A DNA stretch of 64,000 nucleotides, from NCBI GenBank assembly GCA_963674965.2, contig CAXXFL010000006.1, positions 832,001 through 896,000 of the forward strand. The letters run 5' to 3'. Within the stretch, counting starts at the first letter, position 1. Each line of letters opens with the position of its first letter. Below, piece by piece: positions 47,158-59,267 of the stretch. The DNA comes from a bacterium. GTDB taxonomy: Bacteria > RBG-13-61-14 > DATKZS01. The notes beneath the pieces were generated by a model. The model was not told the origin of the DNA, ran no database searches, and saw only the letters and a program-made list of their open reading frames with translations. The position numbers and the translations under genes were made by a program.

Positions 47158-47350
47158 CGTTCTATTTTGGAGAAAATATCAAAAAATGTAGGCGCCGATG
47201 GGAGTTACACGCGAGTGGGGAAAGAAAGCCGGTGAGAAATAATTTAACGAAGGTTTCCCAACTAAAAGACTAATTGAAGGGGTAAAGGAAATGCCGGAGG
47301 TCCATTTCTCCAGGAAAGATTTCGGCGACTCCTTCGTAACTCGTGGCCGC

Positions 47351-47939
47351 GACCCATTATCGAAGCGCACCGTGTACGTCCCCGCGTCCAGCGCGCCCGC
47401 CACGGACAGCTTGAGAGTGTCGCCCTCCTCGAGCTCGTCGGACCAGGTGTCGCCGTCGCCGAGGGTCAGCTCGCCGATGGCGCTCTCGGCCAGGAGCCGT
47501 AGCCGCGCCGCGTCCAGCTCGGGCGTCGCCGAGTCCCCCTCTCCCGGCCCGCAGAGCACGGTCTCGCCGCTCATGACGGAGGTCACGCCGTCGCACAGCC
47601 CGTCGCCGTCGGTATCGGGATTCAGGGGATTGGTGTAGAAGTAGCCCGAGTTCAGGTATTCCTCGAGGTTGGTCCTCCCGTCGCCGTCGGGGTCATCGGC
47701 CGCGTCGTCCACCAGCGGGTCCAGCCCGGCCACGACCTCCCAATAATCGTCGATCCCGTCCCCGTCCGAGTCGGCCAACCTCGGGTCCGTCCCCAGCCTC
47801 GCCTCGATAATCGCCGCCATCCCGTCCCCGTCATAATCCGCCACCGCCTCATCGCACTCCACCACCACCGGATCGAACCCCAAGCTATCCGCATACTCCA
47901 CCTCCCACCAGTCCGTGAAGCCGTCAAAGTCGGAATCGG
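47351..47939 (-). pseudogene. Truncated duplicate of the pre-core region of the giant lipoprotein-Rhs gene (50594-51185)
   Basis: Near-identical DNA over [38 protein letters not shown], more diverged toward YTVRFDNGS; no core or toxin follows. Confidence 0.9.
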
Positions 47940-48027
47940 CGGAAAGAATAATGACAAGTTTTCAAAGAACGTAGTTACATCATTATCGACAACCTAAGCA
48001 GAGGTCATCCTTTGGAAACGATTCTCT

Positions 48028-48109
48028 ATGACCTGCTCGCTATGCTCGCCCATATAGCAGAGCTATATGGGTTACTTATATTTAAGACCCTTTTGTGGGT
48101 TACCTGTTG
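48028..48109 (+). repeat. Hairpin-containing dispersed repeat, copy A
   Basis: Nearly identical to 48731-48813; stem CCCATATAGC-AGA-GCTATATGGG and repeated GGGTTAC. Confidence 0.88.
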
Positions 48110-48392
48110 CGAGCTTGTAAGCCGCGGTGAAGCGCCGCCGGGCGGGCTTTTCCGGGACCTCCGGGTCGGGAAGAATGATCGGCGGACATCCCCGCTCGGG
48201 CCGCTTGGCCGGAGTGTCATCCGGCTCGGCCGTCCCGGTTGGGGAGACTCCGGTCGCCCTACGGGCTCCCTCCGTCTCCCCAACAATCCCTGCCTTCTTC
48301 CCGTCTTCATCCATCTCTCTATACATCCTAATACCTCCCCCGCCCTACAGTAATTTAACATAGGGGAAGTGTCTCATCTACGTTGGCACAGA
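48107..48392 (-). mobile_element. Truncated second copy of the IS3-family element (left end and 5' orfA)
   Basis: 286 bp matching 34501-34786 with a few substitutions. Confidence 0.92.
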
Positions 48393-48734
48393 GGGTACAT
48401 CCATATTACCAGCGCCGACGTAAAGGACAGGTATTTGTCCAAGCTTGGCCTGGAGAAGAGCGATAATGTAAGCCAACTGAACCCCAAGATATGCCCCCAT
48501 TGCAAGCATCCAAACCTTTTTAACGCCTCGATATGTGAGTATTGCGGTAATGTTCTCGACGATGATATTGGCATACAAATGGATGACAGGATGATCTCGA
48601 TGAGGAAATTCCTTCACGCTCTCAGCCAAGACAGTTACGTGAGATACAGGATCGAGGAGATGGCCAAGGACAACGCTAAGTTCAGGACGGTAATAGAGAG
48701 CATTGGCCATGGGCAGGAAAATCAATCTCAATGA
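48393..48734 (+). pseudogene. C-terminal remnant of a tyrosine integrase with a zinc-ribbon tail
   Basis: YIHITSADVKDRYL followed by ICPHCKHPN..ICEYCGNVL, resembling the YxHLS..CPRC..N..CxxCG tail of archaeal-type integrases; the 5' part is replaced by the IS end. Confidence 0.65.
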
Positions 48735-48813
48735 CCTTCTCGCTATGCTCGCCCATATAGCAGAGCTATATGGGTTACTTATATTTTATAACCCTTTTGT
48801 GGGTTACCTGTTG
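48731..48813 (+). repeat. Hairpin-containing dispersed repeat, copy B
   Basis: As copy A; lies between the integrase remnant and the convergent immunity gene. Confidence 0.88.
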
Positions 48814-48838
48814 GGTTACATCTAAAGCTACCCGCTTA

Positions 48839-49387
48839 CTATTTTTCTCGCGCTATTGGATTTCTCAAAACCTCTTCACAATTAGGGCATTTTACCATTG
48901 GATACCCAAGAGTGTCCTCCCATGACTCAGTACAGATCGGGCACATAACCCAATGATCTGCAAGAAGATTTGCAGGTGGTTTCGAATTGTCCAGATAGGC
49001 TAATTTCCTTATTTCCGCCCTTTGCATAAGAGTTCTCATAGGTTCTGGGTAGTCTTCTCCATCCCATATTCGTGAATAAGCCTCAGGGCTTTTAGAAATA
49101 ATTTCAGGCCCATAAATCACTCGTATATGATCATTAAAAACTTTACATACCCAATCATCAGGGATTGAAAAGTCGAAAATATCAAATAAGAATAGTGGCA
49201 ATGCACTTGCTATCGCTTCACCTACCAATAAAAGCACTTTACAAATACCATTATCATTAATTGTCAAGGCATGCACTTCATAATCATTGTCTTTCTTGAT
49301 TGGAAGAACTGTTTTCTTTGAGTTATGTGATACCATTAAGTACCAGTCAGAATTTTCGTAGTCAGTTATTTTTGCTCTTACAATCAT
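48839..49387 (-). CDS. Probable immunity protein with C-terminal zinc ribbon
   Basis: ATGA overlap with the toxin stop; AT-rich; [12 protein letters not shown]. Confidence 0.78.
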   Translation of the reverse strand: MIVRAKITDYENSDWYLMVSHNSKKTVLPIKKDNDYEVHALTINDNGICKVLLLVGEAIASALPLFLFDIFDFSIPDDWVCKVFNDHIRVIYGPEIISKSPEAYSRIWDGEDYPEPMRTLMQRAEIRKLAYLDNSKPPANLLADHWVMCPICTESWEDTLGYPMVKCPNCEEVLRNPIAREK

Positions 49388-52300
49388 TTTTTCATACCTT
49401 TATCATCTACGATTTTAAAATCATCCATTTCAAGCGTATTTTCATTATATACGTAATGGACGTTAACGTCACCGTAAGGACTTTTATGTACATACTGGTA
49501 TTTTTTCCATCCATCTTTTGCATCCCATCTACCATCTCCCATTGGACATTCTTCTATCCAGTCTCCTTTTCCTGGATTGGCCATTACCTCATCAATAGCA
49601 AGTTTCTCCCTTAAATTTCTTGGCGCATATCTTCCTTTTGATGGATTGATAGTTGAACCGCGGCCAAGAGGACCTTTCGATACGCTTGTTTCTGCTGCAA
49701 CTTCACTTTCTGCGGCAAGGCCTTTCCCAGAAATAGATTTTGCGCCTTCCGCAAGCATATATACACCCAGGCAAGTTCGAATGGTGTAATAAGCCAGATA
49801 GTATGATTGTTCTTCTTCTGGAAGAGCCATAAAATCGTCATATATCTTATCATAGTTCTCTCCGATATAAATTGCTGACTCACCCATGTCGATAATATCC
49901 TCAATAATCACCCCTATTGCGCTTTGCGATCTGTTTGGATCTATAGAATCAAGGACACCTTTAGGTATATCAATAATGCTATCTCCAACGCCCCACATAG
50001 CCCAGCCAGTGTTTTTTGCAATTTGGACGGCAGCTTCATCCGATCCTGTTGGTCTAAGAGAGCTTTTCGAAGCCCAATCTGAATATCCAGGCTCTCCCGC
50101 TTGACCACTTGCATCATTATATACAAAAGGGTTGTTATAAGCGTACGCGTATTGATTAAAGAACCCCGGTACCGGATCCACGCTCACGAACCTCCCCAGG
50201 TCCGGGTCGTACCAGCGGGCGCCGAGTTGGTAGAGGCCGACGTCATTATCTTGTCGGCGGCCGACGAAGCCGTGGGTAATAGCGTCGTTATTAATGGTGA
50301 TGGGCCGGTAGGGAGAGCCGGCGAAGTCGCCTCCGAAGGGGAGGTAGGCGCGGCGCCAGACGGTCTCGCCGTCGGAGTTGGTGGCGACCACCGGGGAGTG
50401 GAGACCGTAGTGGAGGTAGAGGCGCTGGGTGAGGTTGACGGTGGTCGTGCCCGAGTCGAGGAGGCTCGCGCCCGAGTCGTCGGCAATGTCCACCCAAAAG
50501 ATGCTTGTTTCATCGTCCCAAAGGTCGCTTATGTCCACGATAACATAGGTCGCGCCCTCGGATACGGCTACTTCGATCTCGTGAACCGATCCCGAACCGT
50601 TATCGAACCGTACCGTATAAGTGCCCGCGTCCAGGCTTGAGGTCACGGCCAGCCGGAGCACCGTGTCTCCCTCCTCAAGCTCATCCGCCCAGGTGTCGCC
50701 GTAGCCCAGGGTTATTTCCCCGATCCCACTTTCGATCATAAGCCGTAGCCGCGCCGCGTCCCACTCGGAAGTTGTCGAGTCCCCCTCTCCCGGCCCGCAA
50801 AGCTGAGTCGCGCCGTCCATAACGGTAGTCACGCCGTCGCACAGCCCGTCGCCGTCGGTATCGGGATTCAGGGGATTGGTGTAGAAGTAGCCCGAGTTCA
50901 GGTACTCCTCGAGGTTGGTCCTCCCGTCGCCGTCGGGGTCATCGGCCGCGTCGTCCACCAGCGGGTCCAGCCCGGCCACGACCTCCCAATAATCGTCGAT
51001 CCCGTCCCCATCCGAGTCGGCCAACAGCGGGTCCGTCCCCAGCCTCGCCTCGATAATGGCCGCCATCCCGTCCCCGTCATAATCCACCACAGCCTCATTG
51101 CAATTTACCACCTCCGGGTCGAAGCCAAGGGTGTTGGAGTACTCGACCTCCCACCCGTCCGTGAAGCCGTCAAAGTCGGAATCGGGGGAGCGGGGATTCA
51201 AATCGGACATGCAAAATACATAGTTATAATACATGTCCTCAAATAACGGATTGCCAAGATATGGATTACACTCGACAATATCAGTGACTTGATCCCCATC
51301 GGAATCGGTTGTACTTAAATTGGCGGACATGGGATCGAGGCCGTACTCTAATTCCCAACCATCAGGCAAATCGTCCGTGTCGCTGTCCATAAGTTCAGGA
51401 TAGGTGCCTAGGGCGTAAAGCTCCAGTCCATCTGAGAGGCCGTCCCCGTCGGTATCGTCCCAGTCAAGATGCATTGAAACCCACCAAGGGTTGTCGGCAA
51501 GATCGTAAAAAGGGCTTATGTAATAGTATTCTGTGAAATCATCGACGTAATCCTCATCTGTGTCGGGTTTGAATGGGTCACTAAAATAAGAATCCAATAT
51601 CCAACACTCTTGCATATTAGTCACTCCATCCCCGTCAGAGTCCTGCAATGTGTCCGAGACTAATATATTGGTTCCATAGTGATACTCAAAATAGTCATTA
51701 CAGGAATCCCCATCAAAGTCCCATGCGTCAGGTTCAGTTCCGAGTATATATGAAGTTCTTGCCTCCAAGATGCCATTATTGAGAACTTTATACGAATCAC
51801 CTTTCGTTGGATCCAGTTCAGGGTAGTAAAGTACCTCCCAGCCGTCCGGCATTCCGTCCCCGTCGGTGTCGGGGTTGGTAAAACTTGAGGAGTAAGTAGA
51901 ATACTCAACTAGATTGCTGAGACCGTCCTGGTCGAGGTCAGTGTACGCGTCGGAGGAGTCGTTCGGGTCAAGGCCAAATAGAGCCTCGTCATAGTCATCT
52001 ATCCCATCGCCGTCCGAGTCCACCGTTGTATCGGAGGCGTCCACGTAGAGTTCCTCGATATATAGCAGTTCGTCTTCATCCTGGTCCGCGAAATAGGATG
52101 GATTACCATAAGCCTCGGCCACGTTCATAAGCGAGTACTTAACGTGGTACACGTCGGTTGGGTCTTTTTCCACCCACATGACATGGAGATACTTTCTATT
52201 GGGACTGGCTTTAATCCTTGCCAGAATGGCCTGGTTTTCAGGGTTGGATATAAGGATCGGCGGTCGCCAAGTGGTGGAATCCAGCGGTAAGTCTTTGTAA

Positions 52301-55300
52301 TAATGGGTTTTTACTTCTTCGTTTGAGTAGAGAATGACCGACCTTGTCTGACCCGAACCCACGGGAGTTTCGACCACGGCTTTCCATACCGCGTGGTACC
52401 TCTCTCCAATTGTCTCGTCCACGAAGGCGACGGGCTTTTCCGTTTGTTTTACATAGTCCGGGAAATGGGAGATACTTTGCAACTCGATGCTATCCCAATC
52501 CTCAAGTTCATCGCCGTATCCATCCATTATGTCGTACTTGACCGTCCATCCATCTAACTCGCCCGTAAACGTAAATCCAGGCTGATGATTGTAGGCCAGA
52601 TATGGGCCAATCAGAGAATTCAAGTAATAATCTAATATCTTATATTTTCTAATCCAAGTTTGATCTCCCAATGATAAGTACATACTACAAGTTGAAGGGC
52701 CGCTAAGTTCCCATTCCAACCCCAGAGGGTAGGTATCTATTTTATCGACGGAATTATATTCAGAGCGCAAAGACCCCCATTCAACGTATGGATATGTTGA
52801 AGTATAGCTACTTTCAGGGAAATAATAATCATACGATATTTTTGAAGGGTCTGCGGCGTTGTTCCTTTTGGCCGCGAAAAGGAAATTACCCGTGAAACTG
52901 CCATAACCGGTGGTGTCCGACTCGCTCGCCAAGGCGGGGGCGAACATATCATCGAAGTCCCAGCATACTGGGATTATAGTAATCGTATCAGCATCATACA
53001 GGCAGACGCTGACTTTATTGGTGTCTCCCGCCGTTACGAAAGGCAAAGCGAAGAGATAGTCTTGGTCATTAATGTCCGAGGCGGCCATGAAATCGCCAGG
53101 CGACAGAACCCATTCGGCGATAGCCTCCCCCCTTTGATATTGGCCGCTGACCATGACGCTGTTTCCCTTAACGATCATCGTTTTATTGATCCACTGGGTA
53201 TTTCCATTTTCATAAGCGTAAAACAAGCTGACCAGGGTCGTCTCGCTTGGCGCTATGTCCGCTAAAAACGCTTCGTTTACCGTGCTACCAACGGTGAATT
53301 CGACGGACATTTGGGGATAGGTCAAGCCGGATAAGGTATAGTAGTCGTCACTGGGATCGGAGACGCTGTTCCCGATATTAATCTCCACTCCGTCGGGGTC
53401 TCCTCCTCCGTCCGTGTCGAAGTTGACGGGACTGGTGAACGTTACATAAAGTTCTTGATAGTCGGATAATCCGTCGTGATCCGTGTCGGCCAGAGTGGGG
53501 TTGAGGTCGCAGGCCGTGGCTCCTCCAATGCACACGTTAATATAAGGGTGGTAGGCGGTGCTTCCATCGAAGGAGGTATCGCCGTCAAAGGAAATTTCCT
53601 GTAGGTCGGTAAGGCCGTCTCCGTCGGTGTCGTTGGAACTGGGGTTGGTACCGAACCTGTACTCCCAGATATTGGAGATGGAGTCCGAGTCGGGGTCGGC
53701 GGTCAGGTCATCGTCCACCGTGGGATGTAGGTACATAAGTTCCCAATAGTCCCCAAGGAAGTCTCCGTCTGAGTCGCTCGAGAGTGGATCGAGGGCGTTG
53801 GCGTCGTCGCAAGTGCCGCCGCAAGTCTGATAAGGCTCAAGGAATAATGCGCAACATTCCTCAATATTAGTAATGCCATCGCCGTCAGAGTCAACTTCGG
53901 CGTCTTTCACCAGGGGATCGAGACCGACGGAGACCTCCCAATTGTCATCCATCCCATCATGGTCCGTATCCTTGTGATAGGGGTTGGTCCCGGCCAGGTA
54001 CTCGCCCAAGGTGTTCAGGCCGTCCGAGTCGAAATCCTGGAGCGTGTCGCTGGTGATGGGTCCCGTGTTCCATATGCGCTCCCATCCATCGGGGAGCAGG
54101 TCGCCGTCGGTGTCAACTCTGCATGGGCTGGTCTCGGTATTGCCGTCAAGAGCGCCGTCCTGGTCCATATCCTCAAGGCCGTCGGGAATGCCGTCTCCGT
54201 CAGAGTCCTGATTGCCGGGAGAGATCGTGCATCCAATTCCGACGGTAAAGCCATATAGCGCCTGGGTTTCAAGGTAATCTCTGATTCCGTCGATATCGGA
54301 GTCCGCGCTTCTGGGATTAATGGAGAGTTCGTATTCCTGGAGGTTGGTCAGGGTATCGCCGTCAAGGTCGCCCGTCGAGTCGTCAATCGTGGGGTCCAGG
54401 CCATAAAGGATTTCCCAGTCGTCCGGCATGCCGTCGGAATCGCTGTCCGTGGCGCCAGGCAGCGTCCCATGAAGGTACTCTGTCCGATCGCTCAATCCGT
54501 CCTGGTCAGCGTCCGCCGCGCATGAATTAAGGACGAGGATACTCAAGTTATTCGTTAATTCCCATCCATCGGGGAGACCGTCTCCATCGGTATCCATATT
54601 ATAGGGATCGGACTCCGTAGCGTCCACGACGTAATTGCCATTTACGTCCTCCCCGGTGGACCCGTCGTTTAAAATGCCGTCTCCATCCATGTCGTTAAAC
54701 ACGTATATGGGCGGCTTGCCTTCATTAATCAGTTCCTGCTCGTCATCGACGCTATTGCCGTTTTTATCGCTTGTTCCGTTGGGATTCGTCATATAGAAAT
54801 ATTCGTCGCCGTCGTTATACCCGTCGTCGTCCGAGTCGTCATCTTGCGGGTCCGTGCCGAGGAGTAATTCCTCATAATCGTTCAGTCCGTCACCGTCCTC
54901 GTCGGCGAGACAAGGGTCGGTCTCGCCCGCGTCCTCTTCTACTCCGTCGGGTATGCCGTCACCGTCGGTGTCGGGGTTGGCCGGGTCGAGACAACCGCTG
55001 GACTGGGTCTCGAAGTAGTCCGAAAGATTATCATCGTCCGTGTCCTGCTCGATCGGGCTACAACGGTAATTCATAATGATCGCGCCGGTCATTTCGATTT
55101 CGTACCCATCATTAAGTCCGTCCTCGTCCGAGTCAGCGACGTTTGGGTTGGTATAGACCTTTAAGGTATGGCCGTCACTAGGGCACCCGGCGAGAGCGTC
55201 GCATGAGGCCCCCTTGTAGAGCAGGAACTCCTGGAGGTTGGTGAGGCCGTCGGAGTCCCAGTCCGTGTCCCCGTCCTGGACATGGGGATTCAGGCCCCAG

Positions 55301-58300
55301 AAGACCTCCCACCCGTCGTCCATGCCGTCGCCGTCGGTATCTGCCAGACATGGGTTGGTCTCCGTATCACCGTCAAGGACGCCGTCAAGGTCTATATCCT
55401 CGAGTCCATCGGGAATGCCGTCGCCGTCACTGTCGGGATTCGTGGGCACGATGGTGCAACCCATTCCGACCGTCAGGCCGTAGATGGCCGTGGTTTCCTG
55501 ATAATCGCTCAGTCCGTCGGCGTCCGTGTCGGTGGAATTAGGAGAAGTCCCCAGCGTTACTTCAACGCTGTCTATAAGGGAGTCTCCGTCGGAATTGGAA
55601 GTCGCGTCTCCCGGATCGGTGCCCAGTGCAAGTTCTTCCAGGTCGGACACGCCATCTTCGTCGCTGTCGGCAACGTAAGGATTAGTGCCGTTTTGCGCCT
55701 CGTATAGATTGTCCACTCCGTCGCCATCCGGATCGGCTATCGTGGCGCTGGACAATATAGTCAAAGCATCGAAGGGGTCCAGGGGATCAAGAGAGTATTG
55801 TCTCTCATAAGCGTCATTCATTCCGTCGCTGTCGCTGTCTGCCCGGCAGGGGTTGGTTTCTCCCTCATCAACCTCGAAATCGAGGTCGGCGTCCTCGCCG
55901 TTGGAGCACAATAAAGTGGAACCGTCATAAACGGAGGTGTTTCCATCGCATAATCCGTCTCCATCGGAGTCGGGATCGCTCGGAGATGTGCAATAGTCAT
56001 ATTCAGCCGCGTCGCCCAATGCATCGCCATCAGTGTCAACAAGCGTGGGGTCGGTGTTGGCCGTCATTATTTCGACGTAGTCCGATAACGAATCGCCATC
56101 CGTGTCCGTTAGTAGAGGGTTCGAACCGAAATCGACCTCTACACCATCAGAGAGATCGTCTCCATCCGTGTCTTCCTTGCAGGGATCAGTCTCGCCCGCG
56201 TCAACTTCCCCGTCATTATCCTGGTCCTCGCCCATGGTCCGACCGTCTATTAAGCCGTCATCATCCGAGTCGTCGTCGATAGGGCTTGTGCAGTAGCCGA
56301 TTTCCACGTCATCGTCCAGTCCATCGCCATCTGAATCCGCCAGCTGGGGATTCGTGTAGTTGTCCTCCTCGCTGGAGTTGATAACTCCGTCCCCGTCCGG
56401 GTCCTCGAGGTCGTCCGTGATGGAATTACTATCGCTGTCCGCGATGTAAGGGTCATATCCGTATTCGATCTCCCAAGCGTCGCTAAGTCCGTCGGAGTCC
56501 GAGTCGTCGTCGGCGGTGAAGATGAAATCTATTGCGTCCACGCCGGGGCTGCCGGCGGTGGATGAATGCACGGTAATCCGATGCCTTTTACGAGGCAACA
56601 GGACCTCTGTCCGATAATTAGTAGAGTTCTGGGAATTGAACTCGTCGATCAAGTCCTCCCAAGAGATGGTGAAACTCTTCTCCAGGCCCTTGTAATGAAA
56701 TAGATAGACGTCAAGGTCCGAATTCGTGTCGCCTGGAAGCAATTGCTCCTCGCTGGAAAAGAGTATCCATTCGTTTTCCTCGTCCATGGAGACGAGAGGC
56801 GGAGCGTCGCCGGCAGAGGCGATAACGGGTTCGGTCGTGATCGCGTAGCCCCACGCGTTATAGGTCCTGTCGTCGGCGTATCTCGTGGGTTGGAGGAGGA
56901 AGTAGTTATATCCGGACGTGACCGTGTCTCCCGAAAAATTATGATTGGAAAGGACCAGAACGTCGATATTGCCGTTACCGTCAGGCAAGGATACACCGGC
57001 GGGGATAACCGTAACGCCGGGAGAGGCGTTGGTTATCTGTTCAATCTCGTTATAGACGGCGGTGTCGCCGCTGAGCCTCCTATAAACGAAAAGCTCGGTG
57101 GAGACAGAGTCTCCATCATTGGAAAATCCGTCTATTCCGCCGTAATTCCCGTTGGAACTGAAGTAAATCGACTGTAATGAATCGTCGGCAATAACTGGAT
57201 AATCGTTGGTCACGGTGGACCCGGAATCAGTGACTTGGTGAACGCCCACTCCGTATTCCCCATAGTAGAAAATTTCATAGTTGTAGTCCGAGTTGCCGAC
57301 CGACGCGTCCCAGTCCTCGGCGGAAACGAACGCCACGTATTCGCCGTTGGTAGTCGAGGACAAGCGTGGATTAATTCCTTGCTGATGCAAAGTAGTGCCC
57401 TGGACGATATTTACACAGCCAATGGGGTATGGCCCTCCGACGTCACTGTAAGTACATCTGAGGAGTTCATAATGATCGAGCGTGTCGCCGGCTGAAGAGT
57501 TTTCCGTCCAAAAGAAGAAAATATTTTCATAGGAAAGAACGGCGTCATAATTTGGCTCGCCCCTGGTGTCCCCGAAAAGATCGCTGGTAGTGACCTGAAA
57601 CAGGCCCTCGCTCTCGTCCCAAAAATACAATTCTCCATCAGTGGACGTTTCACCGTCCTCAAGGTCCTGGCGAGACCAGAACACGGCCTGATCACCCGCG
57701 TTGTTGGGTGAAATACTATGGCTGGCGAGCGCCTGAGCGTCGTCGCGGCCCACGGTAAACGAGGTCAGCGCGTCCGTGGAATATCCGTCAACCGTCAGGT
57801 CGGTCCGGTAGACCTGAAAGACATTGTCGGTGGTCCCGTCCTGCGCCCAATAGAACATGTATTGGCCATTCCTCGACATGGCGGGAGCGAGGACCGTTGA
57901 CGAAAACAAGGGCATGGAAAGACTGGAAAGAGGCTTAAGCTCGTCGGTTATTTCCACGCCCATCTCGGAGCCGATCAAGTCGGTCCAGTGGTCCATGGTT
58001 ATGCGGACCTCGTCCACGTCCGGCGTGGCCCTCACGGTCAAGTAGCTCTCCGAGTACGCCGCTTTATGATAGGAATATGTAACTGGTTCGTCGATAACGA
58101 CCGGTCCGACGCGCCCTTTTACTTCATAGACCTTAACGTATGTGGGATGATCACTGTAAAAGCCGGCGTGGAAAACGTCCCGCTCGACGACGTCTTCCTC
58201 AAGTATTTGGAAGGTCGAGTCCGAGGGAAGAACGATGGCCTTGCCAAACGCGTTGATTGGGGGAGGAGAAACAAGAAGGACGTCCGATAACTCTCCGTCC

Positions 58301-59244
58301 ATTGAAATGGTCGCTCCCGAGCCTGGACCATAGGTAACGTCGTAATAGTTCTGAGGACGAGAGTAAATCCAAAAATGGTACTCGATATCGAGAGGCATTC
58401 CCGAGGAAGCGCCGATCTCGATTTTTCTGTTATTTCTGACTATTACGCTGGGATTGCCGATTGAAGGGCCGTCAAACGGGGCATGGAGATCGTCGTCGTG
58501 CCAGAAAACCTCATAGGGAATATAAGACAGGTTGAGAACAGGCTCGGAACTTCCAAGAGTAAACGTCGAGTGAGGAGGCATGGGCATGTATAAAAGGGAG
58601 TCGCCGGAAAGCCCCGAGCCGCTCGCCGGATAAACGTGGCTCAAAGTGGGATGTTTCGCGTTATTCGCGAAGTCGCGCACGATGAAATAATTGATTACGT
58701 CGCCGCTTGATTGATTCTCTTCCGAGTCATGGAATATCTTATCAATTACCAGTTTATACGCGAACGCTCCTTCATAATCGTCCATTCCGTGCCACAGCGT
58801 GTCATCGTCAACGAGGCCCACGTAGAGCTTGTCGCTATAGCCGGACTCGCACTCGGTCGTGGACGCCCAAATAGTACCGGTGAAATAAGCGCCGCTGGAA
58901 AGGGAGTCCCATGACTTTGTAAAGCAATAATCGAAGTTAAAGACGGATTGACTGGGAGTGAGGTAAGAATCGAAATTTGTAACGGTCTGCCCGTAAAGCT
59001 CAAGATCAGACAAGGTCACCGTGTCGTCGTCAACGCACCTGTCGAAAAACACCACGAGTCTATGCTGGTTGTCCTCCATGGACGGGTCCAGGATTTCCAC
59101 GTTCTTGCCGAGAGACATTACCTCCGTGTAAGCCGGGCCAAGTCCCTTGACAAAGCTGTTCTGATTGGCTCCACAGCCTACAATTACCGCCGCTAGAAAA
59201 AATATGACGAAGATCGCCGCCGCTTTCATTACCTTTAACTTCAT
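49384..59244 (-). CDS. Giant lipoprotein (~3,286 aa): TolB-like propeller, dozens of DxDGDG(L/M/I)xDxxE putative Ca-binding repeats, isolated Rhs core, C-terminal toxin
   Basis: AAGGAG before ATG 59244; [24 protein letters not shown] lipobox-like; [22 protein letters not shown]; core [40 protein letters not shown]-rich tip [25 protein letters not shown]. Confidence 0.9.
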   Translation of the reverse strand: MKLKVMKAAAIFVIFFLAAVIVGCGANQNSFVKGLGPAYTEVMSLGKNVEILDPSMEDNQHRLVVFFDRCVDDDTVTLSDLELYGQTVTNFDSYLTPSQSVFNFDYCFTKSWDSLSSGAYFTGTIWASTTECESGYSDKLYVGLVDDDTLWHGMDDYEGAFAYKLVIDKIFHDSEENQSSGDVINYFIVRDFANNAKHPTLSHVYPASGSGLSGDSLLYMPMPPHSTFTLGSSEPVLNLSYIPYEVFWHDDDLHAPFDGPSIGNPSVIVRNNRKIEIGASSGMPLDIEYHFWIYSRPQNYYDVTYGPGSGATISMDGELSDVLLVSPPPINAFGKAIVLPSDSTFQILEEDVVERDVFHAGFYSDHPTYVKVYEVKGRVGPVVIDEPVTYSYHKAAYSESYLTVRATPDVDEVRITMDHWTDLIGSEMGVEITDELKPLSSLSMPLFSSTVLAPAMSRNGQYMFYWAQDGTTDNVFQVYRTDLTVDGYSTDALTSFTVGRDDAQALASHSISPNNAGDQAVFWSRQDLEDGETSTDGELYFWDESEGLFQVTTSDLFGDTRGEPNYDAVLSYENIFFFWTENSSAGDTLDHYELLRCTYSDVGGPYPIGCVNIVQGTTLHQQGINPRLSSTTNGEYVAFVSAEDWDASVGNSDYNYEIFYYGEYGVGVHQVTDSGSTVTNDYPVIADDSLQSIYFSSNGNYGGIDGFSNDGDSVSTELFVYRRLSGDTAVYNEIEQITNASPGVTVIPAGVSLPDGNGNIDVLVLSNHNFSGDTVTSGYNYFLLQPTRYADDRTYNAWGYAITTEPVIASAGDAPPLVSMDEENEWILFSSEEQLLPGDTNSDLDVYLFHYKGLEKSFTISWEDLIDEFNSQNSTNYRTEVLLPRKRHRITVHSSTAGSPGVDAIDFIFTADDDSDSDGLSDAWEIEYGYDPYIADSDSNSITDDLEDPDGDGVINSSEEDNYTNPQLADSDGDGLDDDVEIGYCTSPIDDDSDDDGLIDGRTMGEDQDNDGEVDAGETDPCKEDTDGDDLSDGVEVDFGSNPLLTDTDGDSLSDYVEIMTANTDPTLVDTDGDALGDAAEYDYCTSPSDPDSDGDGLCDGNTSVYDGSTLLCSNGEDADLDFEVDEGETNPCRADSDSDGMNDAYERQYSLDPLDPFDALTILSSATIADPDGDGVDNLYEAQNGTNPYVADSDEDGVSDLEELALGTDPGDATSNSDGDSLIDSVEVTLGTSPNSTDTDADGLSDYQETTAIYGLTVGMGCTIVPTNPDSDGDGIPDGLEDIDLDGVLDGDTETNPCLADTDGDGMDDGWEVFWGLNPHVQDGDTDWDSDGLTNLQEFLLYKGASCDALAGCPSDGHTLKVYTNPNVADSDEDGLNDGYEIEMTGAIIMNYRCSPIEQDTDDDNLSDYFETQSSGCLDPANPDTDGDGIPDGVEEDAGETDPCLADEDGDGLNDYEELLLGTDPQDDDSDDDGYNDGDEYFYMTNPNGTSDKNGNSVDDEQELINEGKPPIYVFNDMDGDGILNDGSTGEDVNGNYVVDATESDPYNMDTDGDGLPDGWELTNNLSILVLNSCAADADQDGLSDRTEYLHGTLPGATDSDSDGMPDDWEILYGLDPTIDDSTGDLDGDTLTNLQEYELSINPRSADSDIDGIRDYLETQALYGFTVGIGCTISPGNQDSDGDGIPDGLEDMDQDGALDGNTETSPCRVDTDGDLLPDGWERIWNTGPITSDTLQDFDSDGLNTLGEYLAGTNPYHKDTDHDGMDDNWEVSVGLDPLVKDAEVDSDGDGITNIEECCALFLEPYQTCGGTCDDANALDPLSSDSDGDFLGDYWELMYLHPTVDDDLTADPDSDSISNIWEYRFGTNPSSNDTDGDGLTDLQEISFDGDTSFDGSTAYHPYINVCIGGATACDLNPTLADTDHDGLSDYQELYVTFTSPVNFDTDGGGDPDGVEINIGNSVSDPSDDYYTLSGLTYPQMSVEFTVGSTVNEAFLADIAPSETTLVSLFYAYENGNTQWINKTMIVKGNSVMVSGQYQRGEAIAEWVLSPGDFMAASDINDQDYLFALPFVTAGDTNKVSVCLYDADTITIIPVCWDFDDMFAPALASESDTTGYGSFTGNFLFAAKRNNAADPSKISYDYYFPESSYTSTYPYVEWGSLRSEYNSVDKIDTYPLGLEWELSGPSTCSMYLSLGDQTWIRKYKILDYYLNSLIGPYLAYNHQPGFTFTGELDGWTVKYDIMDGYGDELEDWDSIELQSISHFPDYVKQTEKPVAFVDETIGERYHAVWKAVVETPVGSGQTRSVILYSNEEVKTHYYKDLPLDSTTWRPPILISNPENQAILARIKASPNRKYLHVMWVEKDPTDVYHVKYSLMNVAEAYGNPSYFADQDEDELLYIEELYVDASDTTVDSDGDGIDDYDEALFGLDPNDSSDAYTDLDQDGLSNLVEYSTYSSSFTNPDTDGDGMPDGWEVLYYPELDPTKGDSYKVLNNGILEARTSYILGTEPDAWDFDGDSCNDYFEYHYGTNILVSDTLQDSDGDGVTNMQECWILDSYFSDPFKPDTDEDYVDDFTEYYYISPFYDLADNPWWVSMHLDWDDTDGDGLSDGLELYALGTYPELMDSDTDDLPDGWELEYGLDPMSANLSTTDSDGDQVTDIVECNPYLGNPLFEDMYYNYVFCMSDLNPRSPDSDFDGFTDGWEVEYSNTLGFDPEVVNCNEAVVDYDGDGMAAIIEARLGTDPLLADSDGDGIDDYWEVVAGLDPLVDDAADDPDGDGRTNLEEYLNSGYFYTNPLNPDTDGDGLCDGVTTVMDGATQLCGPGEGDSTTSEWDAARLRLMIESGIGEITLGYGDTWADELEEGDTVLRLAVTSSLDAGTYTVRFDNGSGSVHEIEVAVSEGATYVIVDISDLWDDETSIFWVDIADDSGASLLDSGTTTVNLTQRLYLHYGLHSPVVATNSDGETVWRRAYLPFGGDFAGSPYRPITINNDAITHGFVGRRQDNDVGLYQLGARWYDPDLGRFVSVDPVPGFFNQYAYAYNNPFVYNDASGQAGEPGYSDWASKSSLRPTGSDEAAVQIAKNTGWAMWGVGDSIIDIPKGVLDSIDPNRSQSAIGVIIEDIIDMGESAIYIGENYDKIYDDFMALPEEEQSYYLAYYTIRTCLGVYMLAEGAKSISGKGLAAESEVAAETSVSKGPLGRGSTINPSKGRYAPRNLREKLAIDEVMANPGKGDWIEECPMGDGRWDAKDGWKKYQYVHKSPYGDVNVHYVYNENTLEMDDFKIVDDKGMKK

Positions 59245-59267
59245 GGCTTCGCTCCTTGTTTCCTTGC

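Larger units (their letters stand above)
26750..47170. mobile_element. Integrative satellite-like element carrying a defence operon (boundaries approximate)
   Basis: Integrase, primase-helicase, HTH genes and divergent defence cargo between two Rhs loci; no capsid or conjugation genes seen; no clean att direct repeat found. Confidence 0.65.

Noticed and set aside
26760-47217. CACTCGCGT / ACGCGAGTG near both island edges as terminal repeats
   Set aside because: Only 9 bp and inverted, whereas tyrosine integrases leave direct repeats; likely chance.
47100-47220. Complete tRNA gene beside the integrase
   Set aside because: Only an 11-nt acceptor-like end is present; no T-loop, anticodon arm or D-arm.
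48028-48813. CRISPR array or integron attC interpretation of the hairpin repeats
   Set aside because: Only three widely spaced copies, no regular spacers or cas genes, and no clear RYYYAAC/GTTRRRY box pair.
49384-59244. Frequent (G/S)-D-(T/S) tripeptides as a glycosylation sequon
   Set aside because: They cannot be separated by eye from the D/T/S/G-rich background; an enrichment test would be needed.
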